Source: Vulcanimicrobiota bacterium
GTDB taxonomy: Bacteria > Vulcanimicrobiota > Xenobia > Xenobiales > JADMJV01
NCBI GenBank assembly: GCA_050250895.1
Contig: JBFWNU010000001.1
Location: 2,916,891 to 2,980,890, forward strand
Length of the DNA stretch: 64,000 bases
Direction of reading: 5' to 3'
Position numbers and translations under genes: made by a program. Shown here one piece after another: positions 9,010 to 16,396 of the stretch (the stretch's first letter is position 1; every line of letters starts with the position of its first letter). Below the pieces are notes generated by a model. The model saw only the letters and a program-made list of their open reading frames with translations. It was not told the DNA's origin and made no database searches.

Positions 9010-10532
9010 CGGCTTCGCCAAAGGACGATGCGCAAACGATCTGCTGCTGACAGTAGTTGATCGAGGTCCAGCCGGAATAGGAGTCTGGAATGCCCCTGGT
9101 TGGCTCTATCGATAGCTGATCGCCAGTCCGACTCCACACGCGACCAAAATCTTCCACCGTCTCTGCGGATCGGTCCCGGAGGCAGGAGTCGCCAATCCGA
9201 AAACGTCTCGGTTATCATGCTGCCTGCTCCGTCTGGATGGCTCCACTGGATCGACAACTTGGAAGGGTCCCAGGCGTAACCACCCTGTCCGTCCGCGAAG
9301 TCGCTAAGCTGGAGGCGGGGTAGACTCAGTCCTCTCAGTTCTGCCTGGGGGTCCTCCTCCACTTCCAACGTCCCTCCCAATTCAATGTGCCCGGCCTCAG
9401 GCACGTAGTAGAGGCGTGTGTCCTCCAGGTGCATGTCGCCCTGGGCGAGCAGCACGCCACGCACCTCGAGGTTGTCGGCGGAGAAGCCGCCCTGAGTGGC
9501 CACCAGGCCGGTGAACACCGAGCCCTCGCCGTGGAGCGTCACATCGCCGCCGGCCACCAGAGCCGTTAGGCCGGTGCTGGTCAACTGCGAGCCGCCGTTG
9601 ACTTCGAGGCGACCCGTGCAGACCACGGCACCCTGGCCGCGGATACCGCCGTGGACCACCAGGTCGCCGTCGACGTAGAGCAAGCCGCCGTCGAGGTCGA
9701 GGCCGTCACCGACGATCATGTCGCCCTGGCGCCGGGCGGGGCCGGCTACCGAGAGGCGGTTCTCGAAGCTCGAGTCGAGCGAGCGCAGGTTGAGCTGGCC
9801 GCGCGGGTCATAGGTGGTGGGGTCGATGGTGGCGATCGCCTGGGCTTCGGAGAAGGGGCGCAACTGGCCGCGCACCAGGCCGTGATTGTCCACCGAGCCG
9901 ACCGCCCGAGCGTCGCCCAGCACCTCGCACTGTGCGCCCAGCACCAGAGCGGGACCGTTGCTGTCGGTAGCGTTGCTCAGGATGTGCCCGGGGAAGAGCT
10001 CGTCCGGGTTGAGGCCATTCTCGAAGGCGGCCAGATTCTCGACCGAGCCGACCAGCACCCGGTCGGCCTCGATGCGGCCGTTCGAGGCGATCGAGTAGGG
10101 AAAGGGCGGGATGTGCAAGATGGCCTCGCGCACCACCTGGCGGCCGCGACAGCTGCCGATAGCTACCAGGTGAATGGCGTGGGCCGGGACCATCGTGTGG
10201 CCGTAGCCCTCGCGCGGAGTCGACGAGGCCAGGTTGTTGAGAGAGTATGGTGCATCACCCGCGGTGAAGCTGAGATGGGCCTCGCACTCGCCCGAGAGTA
10301 GAGTGACGGGTTCGGTGGTCGTGTTGTCCGAGAGTACGCGGCGAGCGGCTACCCGCAGGGCGCTCTCGGCCATCAGCAGAGCCTGCTCGCGGCCCTCGGC
10401 GTTGCGAGCCCGGGCCAGGTGCCCGCAGACCAGGTTGGCCAGGGTCAACAGCAGCATCGAGGCCAGTGCCGTCAACACCAGCACTCCCGCCAACCCCATG
10501 CCTTTACGTTTGTTGCTTGGTTGCGTGTTCAT
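9006..10532 (-). CDS. Large PilX/GspK-like minor pilin with beta-solenoid-like C-terminal region
   Basis: KRKG|MGLAGVLVLTALASMLLL N-terminus; QALLMAESAL PilX-type motif; repeated YVDGDL.V.GG..G.G motifs. ATG 10532 lies 7 nt after a TATACT -10 box. Confidence 0.75.
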   Translation of the reverse strand: MNTQPSNKRKGMGLAGVLVLTALASMLLLTLANLVCGHLARARNAEGREQALLMAESALRVAARRVLSDNTTTEPVTLLSGECEAHLSFTAGDAPYSLNNLASSTPREGYGHTMVPAHAIHLVAIGSCRGRQVVREAILHIPPFPYSIASNGRIEADRVLVGSVENLAAFENGLNPDELFPGHILSNATDSNGPALVLGAQCEVLGDARAVGSVDNHGLVRGQLRPFSEAQAIATIDPTTYDPRGQLNLRSLDSSFENRLSVAGPARRQGDMIVGDGLDLDGGLLYVDGDLVVHGGIRGQGAVVCTGRLEVNGGSQLTSTGLTALVAGGDVTLHGEGSVFTGLVATQGGFSADNLEVRGVLLAQGDMHLEDTRLYYVPEAGHIELGGTLEVEEDPQAELRGLSLPRLQLSDFADGQGGYAWDPSKLSIQWSHPDGAGSMITETFSDWRLLPPGPIRRDGGRFWSRVESDWRSAIDRANQGHSRLLFRLDLDQLLSAADRLRIVLWRSR

Positions 10533-10539
10533 TGGCCCG

Positions 10540-10655
10540 AGTATAGACCGGGTCAAGGCGCGCTTGCAGTGACCATGCCCGAACTGTCTCGGTGATGCCC
10601 GTCACGCCCGCGGCGGACCGTCATCACTGTCGCGGTCCCCAGACTGCGCTAGGCT
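10540..10655. promoter_or_regulatory. Bidirectional promoter with central GTGA-TGCCCG-TCAC palindrome (10592-10605)
   Basis: Same geometry as 1167-1283: second TCACTG 22-23 nt away on each side; -10 boxes TATACT (10545-10540) and TAGGCT (10650-10655), each 7 nt before an ATG. Confidence 0.75.
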
Positions 10656-10662
10656 GGGGCCA

Positions 10663-11013
10663 ATGGAGGTGCTTATGCACAAGCGAAGAGGGTTCTCCCT
10701 GCTGGAGATGACCACGGCGGTCGGGGTGGCCGCAGTCATGGTGATGACTTTTCTCTCGACCGTGTTTCCCACGGTGGTCGCCAATCGGCGCGCCGAGATC
10801 AGGCTGCAGGCCCAGGATATCGCCCTGGCGTGTCTGGTCGACAGTGAGGAGCTGCCGGCCGGCGAAGCGACCTTGGAGCCGGTCGCCCGCAATGGCAAAA
10901 GCTTTCAGCGCAAGGTGTCCAAGGTGGCGGGACCGGACGGGATGTTCCAGGTCGTCGCTACCGTCGTTTGCGATGGCGTCGAGGTTCGACGCAGTCTGGT
11001 GGTGGCCCGATGA
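10663..11013 (+). CDS. Minor pilin/pseudopilin (PilV/GspI-like)
   Basis: KRRG|FSLLEMTTAVGV canonical class III signal with Glu5. Confidence 0.85.
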   Translation: MEVLMHKRRGFSLLEMTTAVGVAAVMVMTFLSTVFPTVVANRRAEIRLQAQDIALACLVDSEELPAGEATLEPVARNGKSFQRKVSKVAGPDGMFQVVATVVCDGVEVRRSLVVAR

Positions 11014-11540
11014 ACCGCCGTCGAGGAATGAGTCTGCCCGAGCTTCTCATTGCCATCGCGATCATGGCCCTGGTCGCACCGATCGTTCTCAGAGGGCTGA
11101 GCCTGGCGGCCAGTGTCTATCGATCCGAGTCGCACCGCGTGGCGGTGAGCCAGCAGGCGCAAACCGTCTTTGACATCCTTCAGTTGGATCTCGACCGTTC
11201 GGCCCCCGAAGGAGTGCAGGTGGATGGCGATCGATTGGCCGTCCAGTTCATCGACGGGTTTACTCCCTCGGGTCAGCGCCATTGGGGCTCGCAGCTGGCG
11301 GTGTATTGGCTGCACGACGGCGAGTTGCGGCGCGAGGTGGTCCAGGTCGAGGCGGATCCGGGCCTGCCCAGGCGCGGCATTCCCGAGGTCGGTGGCGGAC
11401 GGCGACTGGCGCTCGAGGTCGAGCGATTCGAGCTTTCGCTGGGTGGCGACAGGGCGAGCTGTCAGCTCACCCTGGCCGGACTCGAGCGGGGGCGCACCCT
11501 GCTGATGATGAGTGGCTTTGACCTGGCCTCGCTACGGTGA
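11010..11540 (+). CDS. Minor pilin/pseudopilin (PilW/GspJ-like)
   Basis: MNRRRG|MSLPELLIAIAIM; LQLDL motif; ATGA overlap with the upstream gene. Confidence 0.85.
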   Translation: MNRRRGMSLPELLIAIAIMALVAPIVLRGLSLAASVYRSESHRVAVSQQAQTVFDILQLDLDRSAPEGVQVDGDRLAVQFIDGFTPSGQRHWGSQLAVYWLHDGELRREVVQVEADPGLPRRGIPEVGGGRRLALEVERFELSLGGDRASCQLTLAGLERGRTLLMMSGFDLASLR

Positions 11541-11602
11541 CCGGGATCACCCGGGCGCACCGGGGTCTGTCACTGAGAGGCGGTTCGTTGGCGGGCTACA
11601 AT
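11537..11602 (+). promoter_or_regulatory. Promoter module upstream of the kinase: GTGA-CCGGGA-TCAC, TCACTG, -10 TACAAT
   Basis: Palindrome 11537-11550, second TCAC at 11570, TACAAT at 11597-11602; same spacing as the other modules. Confidence 0.7.
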
Positions 11603-11626
11603 CTGAGAAACTCTAGGAGGCAAACC

Positions 11627-12946
11627 ATGCGAAAGATTCTCTTGTTCTTGCTACTCTTCTTGCCGGCGGCCGGCCAGGATATGCGCCAGGTGGTGGTGCG
11701 CACCAATCCTCCCGGAGCCGAGGTTTATCGAGTCGATGTCAGCGAGCCCGGCGACGGCTATCTGGGTGTCAGCGGCGAGCAGCCGATTCTGCTCCCGGTG
11801 GGCGACTTCGAGGTGGTCATCAGCCTCGACGGACACGCTCCCTATAAGGGCTTCGTCAAGAGCTATCACACTCAGAATGGCGTCTGGCCCGAGCCTCCCC
11901 AGCCGGCCATCGAACTGAGTGCCCAGAGTCCGCTGGTGGCCCTGCGCGATGCCTGGCAGCTGCGGCCGGGGCTGGTCCTCACGGTGGCTCTGGGCGTACT
12001 CGGCGTGCTGGCCGGAGGGCTGGGACTGGTGGTGTCTCGGCGCGAGCGCCAGCGCCAGGCCCGCACCATCGAAGAACTGGAGTCGGTTCAGGAGGCTGGT
12101 GGAGACAATCTGCTCGGGCGCCTTCTGCCCACCGGGCATCGGCTGACCACCCTGCTGGGGGTAGGCGGGTTTGGCAAAGTTTATCTGGCCGACGGACCCG
12201 ACGAGCAGGCTGCGGTGAAGATTCCGTTCTTCGACTGGATTACCGATCCTCGCGATTTGCGCGAGGCCCAGGGGCGCTTTGACCGCGAGATCGCCATCTG
12301 CGCTCGCATGAGTCACCCCAACATCGTGCGCATCTACGACTGGGGACAAGAGGAGAACTTCCACTACTTCGTGATGGAATACCTCGAGGGCAAGACCCTC
12401 AAAGCCAGCCTCGAGGAGTGGGAGCAAACGGGCCGCCCCCAGCTGGGCAGCCTCTATCGCCTGGCCGAGCAGCTCTTCGCTGGGCTCTGCTACGCTCACC
12501 ATAAGGGCGTCGCCCATCGCGACATCAAGCCCGAGAACATCATGCTGCGAGACTCCGGCCGGCTCAAGCTGATGGATTTCGGAGCCGCCTGGGGAGACAA
12601 GTTCGTCGAGGTCACCCGCACCGGTGGTGGGGTCTGCAGCCTGCTCTACGCTGCTCCCGAGTGCATCAATCCGGCCGCCGCCAAAGGCAAACGCGACTTC
12701 CGCGCTTTCGACCAGTTCTCGCTGGGAGTCGTGCTTTATGAGATGCTGGCCGGAGTGCGTCCCTTCGCCGACCATGACCTGCTCAAGATGACGCCGGCGC
12801 GTCCCGTTCGCCAACACAACCCCGAGGTTCCCGAGCAACTCGAGCGGGTGCTGGCACGAATGCTGGCCTTCCGTCCCGAGCAACGGTTCGACGACCTTCA
12901 CGAGGCTCGTCGGGCCTTCGAGGCGGCCGTTTCCCAACTGGTGTGA
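11627..12946 (+). CDS. Membrane Hanks-type Ser/Thr kinase with N-terminal extracytoplasmic PEGA-like domain
   Basis: AGGAGG RBS; signal peptide; VRTNPPGAEV PEGA-like motif; TM helix; GVGGFG, AVK, HRDIKPEN, DFG and APE motifs. Confidence 0.9.
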   Translation: MRKILLFLLLFLPAAGQDMRQVVVRTNPPGAEVYRVDVSEPGDGYLGVSGEQPILLPVGDFEVVISLDGHAPYKGFVKSYHTQNGVWPEPPQPAIELSAQSPLVALRDAWQLRPGLVLTVALGVLGVLAGGLGLVVSRRERQRQARTIEELESVQEAGGDNLLGRLLPTGHRLTTLLGVGGFGKVYLADGPDEQAAVKIPFFDWITDPRDLREAQGRFDREIAICARMSHPNIVRIYDWGQEENFHYFVMEYLEGKTLKASLEEWEQTGRPQLGSLYRLAEQLFAGLCYAHHKGVAHRDIKPENIMLRDSGRLKLMDFGAAWGDKFVEVTRTGGGVCSLLYAAPECINPAAAKGKRDFRAFDQFSLGVVLYEMLAGVRPFADHDLLKMTPARPVRQHNPEVPEQLERVLARMLAFRPEQRFDDLHEARRAFEAAVSQLV

Positions 12947-13008
12947 CGACCATCACTCTCGACCCTCGACGCCAATCACTGCCTCGCCCGCGCCGCTACG
13001 ACTAGACT
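12942..13008 (+). promoter_or_regulatory. Promoter module upstream of the second PilC: TGTGA-CGACCA-TCAC, TCACTG, -10 TAGACT
   Basis: Palindrome 12943-12956, second TCAC at 12976, TAGACT at 13003-13008. Confidence 0.7.
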
Positions 13009-13029
13009 GAAGGCAGATTGGAGGCTAAC

Positions 13030-14040
13030 ATGTCAGGCAAGAAAGAAATGGTCGCTTTCTATCGCGCCCTCACCACCCTGCTCTCAGCGGGGGTCAATCT
13101 CCACAACGCCCTCGCTCATCTGCGCGAGCCGTCCTTCGGACTGGCCGAAGAGGCCGAGGGAATGCGCCGCAGGCTGCTGGCCGGTCACACACTGTCCCAG
13201 GCCATGATGGACTATCCCAAGACGTTCCCCCTGATGGTCCGAGAACTCGTGCATCTGGGCGAAGAGACCGGCGCCTTGCGAGAGGTGCTGCAGCGGCTGG
13301 CCGACCACGAAGAGAGAGCCAGAGCCCTGGCCGCTCGGGTGCGCTCGGCTCTAGTCTATCCAATCTGTGTGCTGCTCGTCGGTCTGTTGATGCTGGTGTG
13401 GCTGCCCATCGCCCTGGGCCGCTCTTTGTCGGATTCGTTCGGCGCTTTGGGGTTGCATCACACGCTGGTGGGACAACTCTTGTCGGTCATGGGCAGCCCC
13501 TATTTCGTGGTGGGTGGACTGGCCTCCGTGCTCGCTCTGGTTTGGATGGCTCGGCCCGTCTACAAGCGCCATGCGGCAGCAATTGGGCAAGGCTTGCAGG
13601 CGGTGCCTGGTCTGGGTCGTGTTCTAAGGCTGGTCATTCAGCTGCGCTTCACTCGAGCCCTGGCCTTGTGCACTCGAGTAGGGATTTATCTCCCCCACGG
13701 TCTGCGTCTGGCAGCTGCCGTGGGAGGTTGCCCGAAGTTGCGACTGGAGGCGGCCGGGGCGGCCCGAGCCCTGACTCACGGCATCGACTTGAGCCGCGGC
13801 CTGGCTGGCTCTCTTGAACCGACCCTGCGCTCGATGTTGGAAGTCGGGGAAGAGACAGGCAAGGTCCCCGAGTTGCTCGAGAGTGCCTGCGATTTGCTGG
13901 AACTCGAACTCCAACACTCGGTGGAAGTGGCCCTGGCCATGTTAGAGCCCGTCATGCTGGCCGGCGTCGGCTTGATGGTAGGCCTGTTCGCGATGGCGAT
14001 GCTGGGCCCGCTCACGCAGTTGCTTGGAAGCCTGAGCTAA
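13030..14040 (+). CDS. Type II secretion system F / PilC-family protein (second paralog)
   Basis: FYRALTTLLSAGV...GEETGAL; MLEVGEETGKV...LEP; GGAGG RBS before ATG 13030. Confidence 0.9.
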   Translation: MSGKKEMVAFYRALTTLLSAGVNLHNALAHLREPSFGLAEEAEGMRRRLLAGHTLSQAMMDYPKTFPLMVRELVHLGEETGALREVLQRLADHEERARALAARVRSALVYPICVLLVGLLMLVWLPIALGRSLSDSFGALGLHHTLVGQLLSVMGSPYFVVGGLASVLALVWMARPVYKRHAAAIGQGLQAVPGLGRVLRLVIQLRFTRALALCTRVGIYLPHGLRLAAAVGGCPKLRLEAAGAARALTHGIDLSRGLAGSLEPTLRSMLEVGEETGKVPELLESACDLLELELQHSVEVALAMLEPVMLAGVGLMVGLFAMAMLGPLTQLLGSLS

Positions 14041-14042
14041 GA

Positions 14043-14180
14043 TAGAGAGGGGCGGCGACCCTCGACCGCCGCCCAGGATTATCCCCCGTTACCTCGTTTG
14101 TTTTTCCTCCGGCTCTTACCGGAGGCCCTGACCGAAGTCAGGAAAGGGTTCCACGGCGTTCCTCGTGGAGAAGGGCCTTC
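14043..14180 (-). ncRNA. Candidate ~135-nt structured small RNA
   Basis: -10 TAAAAT (14192-14187), three successive hairpins including CCUGAC-UUCG-GUCAGG, a terminal hairpin, and no credible ORF. Confidence 0.4.
14050..14074. terminator. GC-rich hairpin, possibly a bidirectional terminator
   Basis: GGGCGGCG...CGCCGCCC stem just downstream of the pilC stop. Confidence 0.5.
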
Positions 14181-14300
14181 AAGTCCATTTTAGGCGGTCG
14201 ATAGCGAACGAGTCCGCAAGAAAGCGTTAACCCCGCTCCAGCCTGCCACTCTACTTCGGGCGCACTACCAGGGCCGGAGGAGCCGCCGGAACGAACGACC

Positions 14301-14897
14301 TCACTCGGGCCGAGTGCGTTGGAACGCGTCGCGCGAGCAGAAGCGAGCGTGCCACTCGTAGAGCGAAGGAAAGCGCTCCGGCCAGTTGTGCTCGCCAAAG
14401 CGAAAGAGCAGATAGTCGAGCGCGCAGGCCAGCGAGATGTTGCCGATATCGATGGTGTCGAGCTCCGGCTCGAGGGTCATTAGGAAGGCCAACGTGGCCG
14501 TGATTTGGTGCTTGCGCCGCGAGAGCAGATCCTGGGAGGGACCTTCGGTGCGCAGCAATTCTTGCCGCCAGGGCACGGCCGAATCCATGATGCCATCGCC
14601 CAGGGCTTGTCGTCGCAAGGCGCTCCAACGGCGGGGGCCGGGGGTGGGGAAGAGCGGGTGGGGGGCGGCCGAGAGGTGGTCGAGGTACTCGCAGATCACT
14701 GGACTGTCGACCAGGACCCAGCCCTCGGCGGTGACCAGGGCGGGCACACGACCCAGGGGATTGATCTGGTGGAGGTGGTCGTCGGCGTCATGGGGAGTGG
14801 CCAGCACCAGCTCGAGTTGCTCTTCAAGTCCGCACTCGATAGCGCATACGCGCACCTTGCGGGCATAGGGGCTGGCCGGCGAATGATAGAGCTTCAT
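14301..14897 (-). CDS. Glutathione S-transferase family protein
   Basis: SPASPYARKVR, NPLGRVPAL, DSPVICEYL motifs. Confidence 0.9.
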   Translation of the reverse strand: MKLYHSPASPYARKVRVCAIECGLEEQLELVLATPHDADDHLHQINPLGRVPALVTAEGWVLVDSPVICEYLDHLSAAPHPLFPTPGPRRWSALRRQALGDGIMDSAVPWRQELLRTEGPSQDLLSRRKHQITATLAFLMTLEPELDTIDIGNISLACALDYLLFRFGEHNWPERFPSLYEWHARFCSRDAFQRTRPE

Positions 14898-14916
14898 GGG
14901 CCTGCCCTTCGACAGG

Positions 14917-15945
14917 TCAGCGGAAATTTACTTGAGGCTTGATGCGGCCGTATTCGCTCGACGTCGTGTCGTGGTTGGTGGCCGTCAGCACACTGGTGTC
15001 GGCCCGCAGGCTAGAGACGTAGTCGAGCACGAGAAAGCGGCCGGCCTCGAGGCGCGGCAGGTTGCGCAGGTCGGTGGCGACTACCTGGCCGTTGGCGGCT
15101 TTCCACTCGATGACGATCTTGGCCTCGCTGGTGGGTGTGCCGCCGCGGTTGGCCACTTTCACGCGAGCGCAAATCATGCCGTCGCCATCGGTGTAGCCAT
15201 CGATGTCTTCGGCGGTGAGGCGAGCGGGCGTGTCGGGGATATACGAGATCTTGCCTTCGCGAGTGACGCCAGAATTGAGCGATTGGGAGCGGCTGCGGCG
15301 AATCATCTCGTCCACCGAGACCGGGGTCCTATCGGTCGTCTCGGAGTGGAGTTCGGTGGCGCGAACCGGGCCGGTCTCGTCGCGTTGGGTGTCGGGGGTG
15401 AAGGCCTCACTGGGACTCATGATCTTGCCGGAGTTGGTGGAAGACGTTTCTTGGTAGCGGTTCGACAGGGGAGTCGACAGGCGAGAGCTTTTCAGGTGAG
15501 ACTCTTGAGCAGCGCTGGGGCCGCGCTCTTCGCTGCTCGACAGGCCTTTGGTGGCTCCGTGCTTATAGGCAGCGTTGGGGTCGGACTGGGATTGACCGGC
15601 CAGCGAACTGGGCCGGATGCCTTGCACGTAGAGAGCGTCCCCCGCTACCGGCATGGAGCCCTGGCTTTCGATGACCTCGACCAGGGCGTTACCCGACTCG
15701 ATCTCGACCACCCTGACCAGGATACCCTTGGCCCACGCCTCCTGAGACGACAGGGTCTGGTTGCTGGGCAGAATCTTGGCCACGGCCTTCTTGTCGATGG
15801 CTGATTCTAGCTCGATGACGTATTGGGTGGTCTGACCCGGGACTCGGGTCACCACCTTGCCGGCCTGATAACTGGTCTGGCACCACCCGATTCGGGTGAG
15901 GCAGGTTAGGCAGATAAGGACGAGCACTCCGGGCGCGAATTTCAT
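14917..15945 (-). CDS. Secreted hypothetical protein with low-complexity linker and C-terminal Ig-like (CARDB/FxLYD-like) domain
   Basis: Signal peptide; Ser/Thr-rich middle; VKVANRGG...LPRLEAG C-terminal motif. Confidence 0.55.
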   Translation of the reverse strand: MKFAPGVLVLICLTCLTRIGWCQTSYQAGKVVTRVPGQTTQYVIELESAIDKKAVAKILPSNQTLSSQEAWAKGILVRVVEIESGNALVEVIESQGSMPVAGDALYVQGIRPSSLAGQSQSDPNAAYKHGATKGLSSSEERGPSAAQESHLKSSRLSTPLSNRYQETSSTNSGKIMSPSEAFTPDTQRDETGPVRATELHSETTDRTPVSVDEMIRRSRSQSLNSGVTREGKISYIPDTPARLTAEDIDGYTDGDGMICARVKVANRGGTPTSEAKIVIEWKAANGQVVATDLRNLPRLEAGRFLVLDYVSSLRADTSVLTATNHDTTSSEYGRIKPQVNFR

Positions 15946-15991
15946 ATTGTGGAATTCCGCGGCCCGCGAGGAACTCCTTCGCGCTCGGGCC

Positions 15992-16315
15992 CTAGGGCTT
16001 GGTGCGATCGACCAGGAACTGGTCGCGGCCGCGGGTGGCCACGGCGTTCTCGACTTCCATCAACAAGCGGGTGATTTCGAGGCGGACCTGGGGCTCGGCC
16101 GAGCGCTCGGCCAGCTTCTCGATCTGGGCCAGGTTGGCTGACGAGACGCCCAGTTCGCCGCATTCCTCGTGCAGAATCTCGAGGCGATGGTCGAGCCAGG
16201 CCCGGTAGCGGGCGTCGGGCACAGCGTTGATCTGCTCTTCGACATGGTCGAGCGGGCAAGCCGAGCCGGCTAGAGTCAGCAGAAAGAGCAGGGCCAAAGT
16301 GAGATAGCGAGCCAT
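15992..16315 (-). CDS. Small secreted hypothetical protein
   Basis: Signal peptide; -10 TAACAT 6 nt before the ATG. Confidence 0.6.
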   Translation of the reverse strand: MARYLTLALLFLLTLAGSACPLDHVEEQINAVPDARYRAWLDHRLEILHEECGELGVSSANLAQIEKLAERSAEPQVRLEITRLLMEVENAVATRGRDQFLVDRTKP

Positions 16316-16396
16316 GCCCAGATGTTAAAACAAAGTAAACCCGCCGGGCAGCCACCAGGGCATCCCGGAGGGGCATCCCATCGGATGCCCGCTAGC

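Noticed and set aside
5940-9385. Diversity-generating retroelement explanation for the variable C-termini
   Set aside because: Differences involve all four bases, many are synonymous and some are indels; there is no adenine-specific pattern and no reverse transcriptase in the window.
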